From positions 9,610,001 through 9,674,000 of the forward strand of contig OX638154.1 in assembly GCA_951804945.1 (NCBI GenBank): a stretch of DNA of 64,000 nucleotides, read 5' to 3'. The position numbers and the translations under genes were made by a program. Source of the stretch: Podarcis cretensis (lineage: Eukaryota). The notes beneath the pieces were generated by a model that was not told the DNA's origin, ran no database searches, and saw only the letters and a list, made by a program, of their open reading frames with translations. This document shows, piece after piece, positions 24,091 to 36,503 of this stretch. Numbering within the stretch: position 1 is the stretch's first letter; each line of letters starts with the position of its first letter.

Positions 24091-27000
24091 CAGCCATTCT
24101 TCAAACCAGTTTGTGCGTAAGAGCAGAGTTATGTTTCAATGAGACCCTATGCCAAACACCCACTTCTCCTACACTAGACATCAGAGGTGTCTAGTTTATA
24201 TGCCACTTTCCCACAGCAAACTGTCCAAAGTGGCTCCCAGTATTACTCAATTATAAAAAGACAAAACATTTTTTGTCAAGGGTGCATTGTCCACATGATT
24301 TAAGGTGTATCAACAATAAGGTACAGAAACTTGATTTAAAAATAAAAAGAGCTGGGCTTTTCAGAATGCTGCAGTTTACGCCAAATGATATATTCTGAGC
24401 TTTTCCAGAATTTGCAAGTACATAGAGTCCTGTGTTTGCTCTGTGCTATTGCCAGATTCTAATTTATTGCAAAAACGAGTAATGATAAAAAGCAGGGTGA
24501 TCAGATTCCTCAAAGGAATCCTGGTGGAGGAGCATCCCTGGGGATAAGGTGAACACTTAGTGATTTGTGTAGATTAGGAAAAGAGACTACTAGGAGTTCC
24601 AACGGGGCAGCTACAATTGGCTTTGAAGCATGGAGGGGACAGGGATTTGGGAAGAGCAAATTATGTACAAGTATCAAAAGGAAAACTTGAGTAACTGGGA
24701 TGCTGCATCTCCAATCTTAAGAAGCCTAATTGCAATGAGTGAACAAGTTATCTGTTTCTGATTCTATTTGTGTGCTAAATCCAAAATATTGTGCGAAACT
24801 AAACTTTAATAGGTGTAAAAAGTCAACATTATAGTATAATGAAGTACATATTTTTATTGTCTCCATATGAAACGTAACTTGCAAGTTTCGAAACTCTAAA
24901 TTAAAATTATTTAAATGCTAAAGATTTGAGTTTTAACTTGGAACCATAGGCATTAGAATTTGTCTTTCTAGCAACCTGGTTTTATTGGACCACTGTTCTG
25001 CCATGTGGTTATTTAGTATGGGATGCCATGGTCAGAATGCTAACTCAGTGTCAACGGTTCATGCTGTGCTGCTGCCACAAGCCGACCTTGGAACACACAT
25101 AGTTGTGTGTGTAACTCTATGGGTTGTATCCAATTGGTGTCCTTACACAAAAGTGTTTACTGCTAAAGAAAGGCAAGGTAACAATCTTAGATTACAAAAC
25201 ATTTCTGTGGTTAAATATTCCTTTCTGAAAAGTGAGTTCTGTATAATTTTTCAGAAGCATAAACATTATAGTATAAACAGCAAGATTATTGTGCTTATCT
25301 CCTATTGCTCTTGAACCTCTGTAAAGAACTATTTATAGTAAGGGCATAGTATTCTCTTCAACAGGAGTATTTATTCACTTATTTCAACTAAATCACATGA
25401 AATAGCCTAATCGCAAATGCAAACATCAGTGGCTCTTCATTTCCAGGTCTCTTCTCAGTCTGGCAATAAGTGCCATGCCATTCACAATGCTATCATACAT
25501 ATAGATACACCGACTCGATCGAGTGGTCGGAACAGTAGCTCACCGTGAGTATTTTGAATTATCTGATGTGGTTGGACTCTGATCCCATCCAGTATGCTAA
25601 ACATTAATGAATGCAAAGTTTTACTCCTAATGTAGTAGTTTACATAAACTCATTTGCTCAAGATAGCAGCACTTTGCAGAGGCAGCTGCAACAAAAGCCA
25701 CAAAGATTGTTTATCTTGGAATAACTACAAGCTATATGCTGCGTGATGGAAAGAACACTCACGTTCAGTGAGTACATGATACCTAATGAATTTCTAGAAC
25801 AGCAGATCTCTCATTCAATGTTACTTCAGAGATCATATATAAATACCTCTAATGAGAATAGGTTTCAGATGTCTGTTTAGAGATTTTTAGCAAGTATGGT
25901 TTTCAGCTACCAAAATTATGGCCTATATTTTAAGATGCTGCTTTAAAAATGATGACTGAAAACTGCATAATAACAAACAGTTCACACTACATTCCTTCTG
26001 TTAACGAGTGTTATACTGTTCCTCATTCCAGCCATTGTCCAGATCTATTCCATTGTTAATAGAGGTTATTTTTCTTTTGAATGTGAGTTATTTCACATGT
26101 GCATCTATATATCTAGATACCTTAGTTTCTATAGTTTAAATAGAACTAAACCTTGCAATTTCTTTTTAATGCAAGTGTTTGTTTTCGAGGGAGGCACTTA
26201 TTTACAGAAAACACTTGTGAATAGCATAATATGTTACAATCCTACAAGTTTCTTACTGAGCATGTGTTGAAATGCTAGGAAAGTTGTGGTCGATTGCGGC
26301 CACACATATACAGGTAGGAATGAAAGCTGATCTTACGATGCAAGAATTCGCATGATGTTACAAGCAGAATTCTAAAGTGTTTCAGGTGAAATGGGGAGAG
26401 ATGCAATAAAGTCATCTTTGTTTAATCAGATGCTATTCTAATGAGTGCTCTTCTGAAACGTTCAGCTTAAGTATTTGTTTTGATGTGTTGTGACCATTAC
26501 TTCACACTGATAATTCAACATATCTGATACAAGTATAATAAATGTTAGAATTGTTTGCATGATTTAGAAAGTGCATATTCTTTCTTTTTCTTAAAAAAAC
26601 AGCTTGTATGCCTGAACCTTATACTTGCTGTTTTGTATATGTGTTAGCTTAACGTTAGCTCATGTGTGCAATCTTTGAAGATGGATTTACTTTTGTTTTA
26701 AAAGTGTGAAAAACACGTATTTGAAATAGCTTTCTTTTTGATATGTTTTCTCTCCTTATGAGATTGTACCCTTTCCTGTTGGTAAACTTTGGGCATGATT
26801 CATTGTGCATGATTCATTTGCATCATGGGCACAGCCCATCTCTCCCTGTGTCTTGCAAGTTTATTGTGTCAAATCAATTTGTACAAAAATAAGGCACCTT
26901 CTTCATAAAACCAATATAAGTTTCTATCATTTCTATAAGATAGCTTTAAACAACAAATATTGTTTGTCCATAATCTAGCCTAAATTGATCTTCTTTAATT

Positions 27001-27120
27001 TCTTTATTTTCATTAAAAGAATTACGCACATGTTTGGCTTACTGGATCATGTCTCTTGTTGAATCTTTGCAGCACCTGTTGAAAAAAATATAATTTATTG
27101 TGTTTTGTTCCTGTTAACAG

Positions 27121-27601
27121 CACAGAAAGAGGAACGTAAGAATGAGGATAAGCCAGCTGAATCTTCAGTAGCATCAAAGAAAATGGTTGTGTCAACTACT
27201 GCAGCGTCTCAACCCACTTCTGCAGTGTCTACCCAAAGCAGAAATCCACCCTTAAAGAAACCCTCTACGTTTACTAGTTCTAAGCATCCAATTAAATACT
27301 CTGCCGCAGGTTTCAAAGGGGTGATACCTAAGAAATCTTCACTTTCAACTGGTCCACCTACATCAAGCAATGTGTCATCATCAAAGCCTTCACCTTTGTC
27401 CTATGGTACATCCTCAGTTTATAAAAAAACAATTTCCTCTTCAAGCATTGGTGGAGGACTCAGGAAGCCCATGGTGTCCTCTGCTTCTTCAACAACTTCC
27501 TCAGCTACACAAGCAAAATCTGCAAGTGCTAGTCAATCACAGCCTAACTCTCAGATTCGCCAAAATATACGGAGATCCCTTAAGGAGATATTGTGGAAAA
27601 G
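27121..27601 (+). CDS. DIDO1: DIDO1 exon (Ser/Lys-rich linker, start of TFIIS-M domain)
   Basis: ctgttaacag|CA CAG AAA. ...GFKGVIPKK...SQPNSQIRQNIRRSLKEILWK(R). Donor AG|gtaggc. Confidence 0.95.
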
Positions 27602-28181
27602 GTAGGCACTAAGGGCACTTGTTCTGTGCAAATAATTGTATAGTTTAGGATAATCATTAGTTGTAATGCTGCGTGAACAGTGATATTCATCTCTTCTCAC
27701 CTTTCATAGCACTTTAGATAATGTATCTGAAATAAGTTTAGTGCTAAAATAGTTGTCAATATTTTTGACTGAGAAGGAAATATCTTAGTAAATGTCAACA
27801 TTTCTTGAAGGTTTTAAACAAGAATAGAAGGCCCCAAAGGCAATCTTACTTTCTTGAAAACTAGATTTTTTTAAAAAAAACATGGTATTCGCAAAACAGA
27901 TAAGCACTGTCCAATATAAATGCATGTGCTCATCACCAGTTTTCCCAAACTATCAGTACTTTAAGCAGCAGAACAATCCTCCTGAGTACATGATATTCAG
28001 AGGATGTTGCAGCAGTGGATAGTGGGAATCAAAGAAGGAAAATTCATCCTTGAATTAAGTAGGCCATTTTTGAGACGTAAGTCATAGAAGATTCTTCCTG
28101 CATATAGGTAGATCAAGCTACTTAGCAGTACTGTCATTTTTGACTCCCTTTTCTTTCTTTCCCAACTCTTTCTTTTGGCAG

Positions 28182-28341
28182 AGTAAATGATAGTGATGAT
28201 CTGGCTATGACAGAGAGTGAGGTGGGAAAGATTGCACTGAACATTGAAAAGGAGATGTTTAATTTATTCCAGGCTACAGACAATCGGTATAAGAGTAAAT
28301 ATCGCAGCATTATGTTCAATCTGAAGGACCCTAAAAATCAG
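28182..28341 (+). CDS. DIDO1: DIDO1 exon (TFIIS-M domain)
   Basis: ttttggcag|A GTA AAT. VNDSDDLAMTESEVGKIALNIEKEMFNLFQATDNRYKSKYRSIMFNLKDPKNQ. Donor CAG|gtttgt. Confidence 0.96.
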
Positions 28342-28519
28342 GTTTGTATGAAAGCGAATGAATGACTTCTCTACAGCCTTTTTTTTTTTAAGTGGACAGC
28401 CTTTGATTTGACTGCATCATTTATTTTATAGCTCTTTTTGTAAACTGCTTTGAGTTTTCTTTACAATCAAGAGGATTGTAAATTTTATTGGGGTAGGGGA
28501 CTTTGGAAGCATGAATGGC

Positions 28520-28605
28520 TAAAACTAACAAGCTTGGGGCTTTTTGGTTTAGAAAAGAGGCAAGGGAATATGATAGAGATATATAAAATTCTGCATGTGG
28601 ATAAA
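28520..28605 (+). mobile_element. CR1 ORF2 fragment
   Basis: Translates LGLFGLEKR..GNMIEIYKILH, typical of the CR1 ORF2 C-terminal region. Confidence 0.6.
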
Positions 28606-28874
28606 ATGCCTGTGGAACGCTCAGTCCCATCTATTGTTTGTGCCCATTCCTGATACAGACGTGCTTCAAATTATGTTATAGACTCTTAATATTTTGCTAA
28701 CCTGGCAATATTTTTTAAAAAATGTATTTTAAATATTTCATTCTATTTACACTTAAGACCTTTTAGAAGGAATTCATGAACTGGATGACAGCATTTACTT
28801 GCCTATTGGAAGATTCTCATTTGCTAGTTGTGTAAGTAGTTACTGCTCACCTCGAATCACTCCTCTCTCTTTAG

Positions 28875-28991
28875 GGACTTTTCCATCGTGTTCTTAGGGA
28901 AGACCTTCCTTTGTCAAGGCTTGTAAGAATGAAGCCGGAAGAACTCGTATCCAAAGAGCTATCTACATGGAAAGAAAAGCCAGCCAAAGCA
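28875..28991 (+). CDS. DIDO1: DIDO1 exon (TFIIS-M end)
   Basis: ctctttag|GGA CTT TTC. GLFHRVLREDLPLSRLVRMKPEELVSKELSTWKEKPAKA. Donor GCA|gtaagc. Confidence 0.96.
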
Positions 28992-29137
28992 GTAAGCAAT
29001 AAAATTTTGTGCTGTTTATTATGTAAGGATGGTTGATGAGCAATTCTAGCTGATGTGGTAATTGACTACAGATTAATGATTAAAGTCTAGTTCACTGACT
29101 TTGTGTGTGTATACAAATCACATTATTGTTTTCATAG

Positions 29138-29245
29138 GTAATGGCAGCTAGACGTAAATCTTTTGAAAACAAGAAATCTGCTGTAAAACAAGAACCCATC
29201 CCAGATGCTAATATGGAAGATTCCCCACCAGTGTCTGATTCAGAT
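29138..29245 (+). CDS. DIDO1: DIDO1 exon
   Basis: tttcatag|GTA ATG. VMAARRK...EDSPPVSDSD. Donor GAT|gtaagt; 108 nt. Confidence 0.93.
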
Positions 29246-30160
29246 GTAAGTATAAGCCACTCATGGCACTGGTTTACAATTAATTATATAGACCATTTAC
29301 CAAAATTTAGTTCTTTACATGAAGATATTGTATAATTTAAAATGTCATGTTTTAAGATCTCAAGGATAGTTTATCTGCTTGCTTGCCTTTTTTTATTTTA
29401 GAGGGCACAATCCAGTAATGCTCTATAGCAGCTTACACACACGCTGCACAATTCCTGCAGTACTCTATACTTATTCTGAGGTACATGTACACAGTATTTA
29501 TTATTATTATTATATTAAATTTGTATACTGCCCTTCATCAAAAGATCTCAGGATGGTTCACAGCATAAAATATAGAATAAAACCACAACGAATATGATGA
29601 AAGCAAGAACAAACCAAACCAATAGCCCACCCACCACTGTACACTGTAGTACACTGCCTATTACCTGGAATGTTGCTTTGGCATGGTTCCTATTGCAAAG
29701 AGACCAGTGATAAAGAGGCAACCCCTGATTTGTGCGTGGCTGTGTTTTGGGTCATTGTGCATGAGGGCGGAGCACACACAAGCTTGTTCCCACCTCCTTT
29801 TCCTGCCACTTCTGGGTCACCACGATGCACACGTGTGTGAATGTCAATCGGTTGTTGCCCGTACATTAATTTGCCCAAGACAGGGGACCAGCACACTTTC
29901 TGTTTCCCCACTTGGGTGCTGTCGAAACCTGTGGTGCCAGTAATTAATTTACGCAAACCTTATAAGGATCTCTTTCTGCATATGAGCTTGCACTTGTTGA
30001 AAGGTCAAGTTATGTTAGATTTTAGTAGTATCAATTGCAATTTTTTTTGAGCTGTGGATGTTTGGTTTCAAATCGGTGCATATCTACAGGAATTTGCATG
30101 TGTATAGTTGAAATGAGCTTGATACCAGCAAATCATACCATTGCCTCAATTCCTTTTTAG

Positions 30161-30296
30161 GAGCAGCAAGAGGCAGATCGAGCAGCTCCTGAGAAAAGCA
30201 GCGCTCCAATTCTTGATGTTTTCAGCAGTATGTTACAGGACACAACAAGTCAACACCGAGCCCATCTTTTTGACCTGAACTGCAAAATCTGTACAG
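30161..30296 (+). CDS. DIDO1: DIDO1 exon (HxxHLFDLNCKIC motif)
   Basis: ctttttag|GAG CAG CAA. EQQEADRAAPEKSSAPILDVFSSMLQDTTSQHRAHLFDLNCKICT(G). Donor G|gtatgc. Confidence 0.96.
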
Positions 30297-30586
30297 GTAT
30301 GCACATGGATTACCAAGGCTGTGTGAACACCCACGTGGCAGAAATGCAAAGCAGAAATTTAAATTACCATATCACTTCTGTTCTGAGTAAACTGAAATCT
30401 GGCTGGAGCCTCAATTATACAAATGGCCAGACTTTCTTCTTGCAGTAAAATAAACTTTTTGCTTCTATAAATTAAAACAGCAACAAGCAAGAAGTGATTT
30501 CCCTGTCTCCAAGGAAAATAGAGCACCATGTCCATGAAATGACACAGACTCACAATGTTACATGTTACCTTTTTTTTACTATTTAG

Positions 30587-31133
30587 GTCAGATGTCAGCA
30601 TCTGATGAAGAACCAGCTTCAAAGAAACTAAAATCGTCCTCTGTTAAGAAGGCGGAACCAAAGCCAGAAATGAAGTCAAAATTTGAAAGCTCAACACCAA
30701 CAGATGAAGTGGAGGCTGCAAAAGAAGAGGAAATGGAGACTGCTGCAGAACCTGTTGTTGAATCTGTAGCTGAAGTAGCTCCTCAGCCAAGCATAGAAAA
30801 AGCTTACATTCCTTTAACACAAGGACAAAGCAATCCATTATCTTCTCTACCCAATGAGAGCTCTCTCTACCCCACATCTTATGCTGGCGGTGTTATCACT
30901 ACTGTGACAGTCTCTGGGAAGGATCCCAGAACAGCCATGAGCACTTCGTCAACCTCTGCTTCTACTGTGACTTCTGCATTGCATCCCAACCCGGCATCTG
31001 ACAAAGGTTCCGTAGGGGAAAGTAAACCAGAAATATCCAGAAATACTGTAGCAGCTCCAAAATCAATATTAACGAAGCCATCCTCATCATCGGACCCAAG
31101 ATACTTGGCAGCTCAACCATCCCTAAATGTTAG
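30587..31133 (+). CDS. DIDO1: DIDO1 exon
   Basis: tatttag|GT CAG ATG. ...GVITTVTVSGKDPRTA...PKSILTKPSSSSDPRYL...NV(S). Donor AG|gtatgt. Confidence 0.95.
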
Positions 31134-32065
31134 GTATGTGTGTGTCAGTCTGCAAGAGGGTCACTAGGCCTGCGGCATTGTGCAAAGGGGACCATGCAAC
31201 CCAATGGTGTGTGTGTATCTAGGTGCAGGGGGAGCCTTCAGATTCCTTCTAAGGAAGAAAGCTTCCCAGAGTGAGTAAAATGGGGAGCAAGGTGGGTGGG
31301 CAAGTTAATGGGCATAGCTAGGTTTCCCCCCCCTCCCAGCAGGTAGCTCCTTGCTGTCCCCCAATTGTGCAAGGAGGAGAAAAGCGCAGACCAAACACCC
31401 TTGCTGCCATTGCTCTGCAAGTACTCTGATGCTAAGTGACAGTGAGGGATCATTCTTTGCCTCTCCTCAAGATGTGAGGGAGAGATAACTAGTGCTAATC
31501 TCGCAGAAGCCACTAGGAGGAAAGGACAGCAAAGCCATGAACAGGAGGATTTTTTACTACCACTGCATACTTTGAAGATTTGCCAAGATGTATTTTCTCA
31601 TGTAGCACGCTTCTCAACCTCTAGTAGCAGTGATGCACAGGAGGAGCCAGTGTTTGTAAGAACTGGGGAAAGTGGGGTCACACACTGCCTTCACTCAAGG
31701 CAGGTTTATGAACTTCAGTGTCTCTCCATGCTTGACGCACTCTTTCATGCAAAAGAGAATCAGTCACAAGTCTCACAATATCAACTCAATCCCTAATAAT
31801 AACAGGAATTCTATTCATGGGTTAGCAAATTAATGGTCCGTCTTTTGTGATCACTAGCCTTCCACTGAATGTGCTGGAAGTCTTAAAAATTGATTTCTAG
31901 CCCATTAATTTAATTTACTAAAAGTATATTTCATAAGATTTAGGATCATTTGATGTGGAATTTGAAAAATGTTTGGGTTGCCTGGGGTGGAGGGGCATTT
32001 GTAGAGATACAATATGTAGAGCCTCACTTGACACAATTCTCCCTCCTGGGTTTTCTGTTTTGCAG

Positions 32066-32219
32066 TATGTCGGAGATACGGTCCCCTCAAGAAGGAGATA
32101 CGTCCGTCTTTCTCTCTCGCCTTAACACCATATGGAAAGGCTTTATCAACATGCAAAGCGTGGCCAAGTTTGTCACCAAAGCTTACCCTGTCTCTGGATC
32201 CTTTGACTACCTCAGTGAG
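32066..32219 (+). CDS. DIDO1: DIDO1 exon (SPOC domain start)
   Basis: ttttgcag|T ATG TCG. EGDTSVFLSRLNTIWKGFINMQSVAKFVTKAYPVSGSFDYLSE. Donor GAG|gtgcga. Confidence 0.96.
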
Positions 32220-32724
32220 GTGCGACTTTGAAGTGCTTGTGCTTTCTTTGTAAACTATATCTAAAATCATATTTCTAACTAAATTTGCTTTGCGGTAAGA
32301 CGTTAGCTATATAATATGTTATCATGTTTACTCAGCGTGATAGCTTGAAAGCTAAGCAAATTGCCCTATTAACATTTTCAAATTTCAGTTAGGTCTGAGT
32401 TTTAATAACTCACTGTTCAGACAGTGGCCTGACTGCAAATAATGTAGCAGTGTAGCATAAGAAATCGGACATAGATAATGTGTACATTGACTTGGCAACC
32501 ATTTCATGCGGGGATTCTGTTCCCAGCCCCTGCGTGTGTCAGCGGAACACAGATAAGCAGATCCTGCCCCATTATGTCCCCATTCTGTCTTCTTCTGGGT
32601 CCAAAAAGACCATGCGTCGGTGATCGTGCATCAATTGGATGCACCTAAAATGGTCACTGCCTCTATTGTATAGGACAGCAATTTATTTTAAAAATAATAA
32701 AATAGTATTGGTGATCTGTAAGTA

Positions 32725-32966
32725 CAGTGGTACCTCGTGTTACATACCATCCCCCTTACGAATGCTTTGGGTTGTGCGCTACGCTAACCCGGAAGTAGAT
32801 GCCCCTTATTGTGAACTTTGCCCTGGGATGTGAGCGGAAGTCACACTCCGGTGGCGCGGCAACAGCGGGAAGTGCCATTAGCGAAAGCACGCCTCATGTT
32901 ATGAGCGGTTTCCGGTTACGAACGGACCTCTGGAATGAATTAAGTTTGTAACTGGAGGTGCCACTG
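32725..32966. mobile_element. TcMar (Tigger-like) MITE
   Basis: TA-CAGTGGTACCTCG...GAGGTGCCACTG-TA. Confidence 0.8.
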
Positions 32967-33903
32967 TAAGGGGAAAATAGTAGCACTGAAATGGCATGCT
33001 TGATATTCCATTTTTAGTATTAATACTTCATATCAGTAACTGATAAGGCACTGTGTATCATTTTCTGTTAATCACACTCTTGATTTTCATTTTGATCTGA
33101 TGGTGAGAAGCAGTGATCTGTAATAACTGAACACACAGTGAACAGTAACCAGGAAGTGTGACACTGTTAACTAAGTGATGATTGCCCCTTCATGGGATGA
33201 CTGCAATATTCAGTGAGCTCCCAGTTTCCTGTATTAAACCCAAAAAAGAAACATAGGAAGGAAGTTCGGTGTAGTTGATTATCAAGTGTCAAACCAACAA
33301 CTGCAAACTGTTCATAAATTCCATTATTTGAGGAAAAGCCACCTTGTTTCTTGCATACATTCAAATAGATTTCACTTATTGCTCTGCTTTGTGTAAGAAC
33401 TGGTGGGAGGGTGGGGAGTAGAACAGTAGCTGAAACAGCTGTATATCTTTCCTGTGTATTCAACCTTTTTCTTTAGCCTACGTGTGTTCCTTTTATGGTC
33501 AATATGAACAGGGTGCTTGGAATTTTGATTCCTGTGCACCAACAAATTCTGTCAGTGGAATTAGTGTATCTTTCTTCCGGTGTTTTGAAGCAGAGATAGG
33601 AAGACTCCTAAACTTACGGATGTAAGAATAACCCTTTTCCTCCTAGTTTGGAAAACAAGTATGTTACGATCTTAGGCTCAGTGGGCTATGAATATGATAT
33701 AGTAGCAATGTTTATATGCTGAATTCTGAGACAAACTGTGGTTAATGCAAACAAATAGAAATATGTTTGCCCCTTCAACTACAGATAAGACAGCTTTATA
33801 AATATAAACACATTGTGCCTCAACAGCATGTTTTAGTGACAATTAAATTTTTACTCTATGAAAATAGGCTAGGAATGTGTTGTCACAATTTTCAAAATAA
33901 TTA

Positions 33904-34259
33904 CCGTATTTTTCGCTCTATAACACGCACCAGACCATAACACGCACGTAGTTTTTAGAGGAGGAAAACAAGAAAAAAATATTCTAAACGAAATAGTGAT
34001 TTTTGTGGTTCATGCTGTGGCCACAGACATGTGATCTGACAGTGAGTTTGGAGTAGCCCAATGCAAAAATCCTGAGGATCCTTGTGGATCCATGCTTTGT
34101 AACCACAGAGGAGGGAAGGAAGGGGAACCATGGATCCTCTGCTCACGACTGCAGCAGATCCCCCCCGCCACCCGCAGGCATTCGCTCCATAACACGCACA
34201 GACATTTCCCCTTACTTTCTAGGAGGAAAAAAGTGAGTGTTATGGTGCAAAAAATGCGG
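33904..34259. mobile_element. TcMar Tc2-like MITE
   Basis: TA-CCGTATTTTTCGCTCTATAAC...GTGCAAAAAATGCGG-TA. Ends nearly identical to 18700-18868. Confidence 0.85.
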
Positions 34260-34763
34260 TATATATTTAAGAACTTTTTGTAGCTTTAATGTGCAAAAGT
34301 ATTACTTCTTTATGTAAAAGCTATCTCTCACAGTGCTCAGGTGTTACTGTCTGAGCCTAATATGAGAGGGAGCGAGCCTCAGGTTCTTAGCACACCAATA
34401 GCCAGCCTTTTCAGCTCATTTTCCTTGTACAAAAAGTCATGTTTGACCCATACAAATACTGCGTTCATCAGTTCCCAAGATCTTGTGGCACCTATCCCCC
34501 TTGATGTGGACAGAGCATGTAAATAAAAGCAACATCCTACTACAGTGTCAGACCTTTTTCTTCATTCCCAGATAAGAAACTATAGTAGGGGTACCCAAGT
34601 GTGAGGTGTGCTCCCTCTCATACCAGATTCAGAAAGGAACATATGAACCTCAAAATGAGCTGTGGTTTGTGGAATTAAAAGGGGACTGTTTTCTGCTAGC
34701 AGTTTGAAAATGGAAGTGGAAAGATAAACAGAATTGTGAACATAATGGTAAAATCACTATATA

Positions 34764-34912
34764 CCGTATTTTTCCATGTATAAGACTACCCTTTTTAAAA
34801 AATGTCAAAAATTAGGGGGCGTCTTATACACGGATAGTGCCAAGGGTGGACTGGTGATTGGTTGTTGCTGCAAAAATAGGGGGCTTCTTATATATGGGGG
34901 GCGTCTTATATT
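34764..34912. mobile_element. Partial Tc2-like MITE
   Basis: TA-CCGTATTTTTCCATGTATAAGAC with repeated GGGGCGTCTTATA; no right TIR seen. Confidence 0.6.
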
Positions 34913-35006
34913 CTGTTGGTATAATTCTATTTACTGGAAGGTGTGGGGCAATATACTTTGCCCTCAAACTGCCCTCTTCTCACATTATGTAATGCTTCTT
35001 ATCTAG

Positions 35007-35096
35007 GATTTACCTGATACAATTCATATTGGAGGGAGGATCTCACCGAAGACAGTATGGGATTATATTGGCAAACTGAAATCATCTGTGTCAAAG
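35007..35096 (+). CDS. DIDO1: DIDO1 exon (SPOC)
   Basis: ttatctag|GAT TTA. DLPDTIHIGGRISPKTVWDYIGKLKSSVSK. Donor AAG|gtactt; 90 nt. Confidence 0.96.
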
Positions 35097-35764
35097 GTAC
35101 TTTTAAAAAATCCTGTTTGGGTAATGGTGAAAGAAATGAACTTTATTTGAAATAATAATTGTGGATGGGATCCAGTGAACTATACAACTAAGTTCTTCTA
35201 CCCAAGGGAGGAAGACACTGCTGGCTTGAATTTATGGTACAGCAGCAACTCCTAATGTTTTTCACACGCCTCTTTTGAAATGTGAAGGAGACTTCTTTTT
35301 TAAACATGGCATGCAGGCCTATTCATCAAAATAGAAAGATAAAATTGTTCCTACCCACCTGCACCCCAGCAGCAGTTTGGATTCTTGTCAGTAATTTGCA
35401 TCTGAAATTCTTTAAGACAAGCAAAATACTATAATGGCTTTTCCTGCTGGCTATTACTTTCCTTCCGTATACTCTAACCACTTCTTCCCTGCCCCAACCA
35501 GTTCTGTGTTAGTAACATTTCAGTTTCCAGCACAGCCTAAATTATCACTGACTTCCTGTGAACCATCATAGTAAGAATCCTTACTAGATGTAACCCTAAA
35601 AGTGTTTTAATAACGAAAAATTCAGCAACCTTAAATATTGTAAAGTAAAATTATATTGATAATTAATTTTACATAATCTTTGCTTATTTGATGGCAGTGA
35701 AATAAGGCATTTTTTTAAAGCTGCGCCATCTTTTGGATCACCAACATAACTCCATATTTACTGC

Positions 35765-36070
35765 TACAGACCCTGCAATCAGTGTCTGAGGCCCTTCTTC
35801 ATGTGCTCCTCCAAGAGAGGTCCAGATAGTGGCAATACGGGAGTGGGCCCTTTCTGCAGTGACTCCCTGTTTGTGGAATGCTATCCCCAGGAAGGCTAAC
35901 CTGGTGCCTTCATTACCTATCTTTAAGTGCCAGATTTATGGCTTTTAAAACTTTATGCGTGTGTGTGGGGGGGGGGGTGTTATTGTTTCCGTTTGTTATT
36001 ATGGTATGCATTTTTGTAAACTACCTTGTGATCCTTAGATGAAGGACGGTATAGAAATTGAATAAGAATA
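35765..36070 (+). mobile_element. L2 LINE 3' end
   Basis: gggccctttctgcagtgactccctgtttgtggaatgctatcccc...tgtaaactaccttgtgatcc..gatgaaggacggtatagaaatt-A-rich tail. Similar fragments at about 43520-43920 (+) and 29495-29570 (-). Confidence 0.6.
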
Positions 36071-36179
36071 ATTCTGAAATTATTACTTCAAAAGTGAAGT
36101 GCATTGATGCCATGTTGCCCTCACTTGCTATTTATTTAGCAATAGGTTGGTATTTTTCCTTTATATTTTTGTATTATAG

Positions 36180-36375
36180 GAACTATGTTTGATCCGCTTC
36201 CATCCTGCAACAGAAGAGGAGGTGCCTTCCTACATTTCTCTGTACTCCTATTTTAGCAGTCGTGGCCGATTTGGTGTTGTTGCTAATAACAACAGACATG
36301 TCAAGGACCTCTATTTGATTCCTCTCAGTGCAAAGGATCCTATTCCATCCAAACTTTTACCCTTTGAGGGACCAG
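36180..36375 (+). CDS. DIDO1: DIDO1 penultimate exon (SPOC)
   Basis: gtattatag|GAA CTA TGT. ELCLIRFHPATEEEVPSYISLYSYFSSRGRFGVVANNNRHVKDLYLIPLSAKDPIPSKLLPFEGP(G). Donor G|gtaagc. Confidence 0.97.
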
Positions 36376-36503
36376 GTAAGCAATGAATTGTAGGAAACCC
36401 AAATACTGCTGCCCTTCTATGTTACAACTATAAATACCATACCAAACACCATTCATAAAACACACTTCAGTTGGATAAATGTAGAAAGGAAAAGCACTAT
36501 ATA

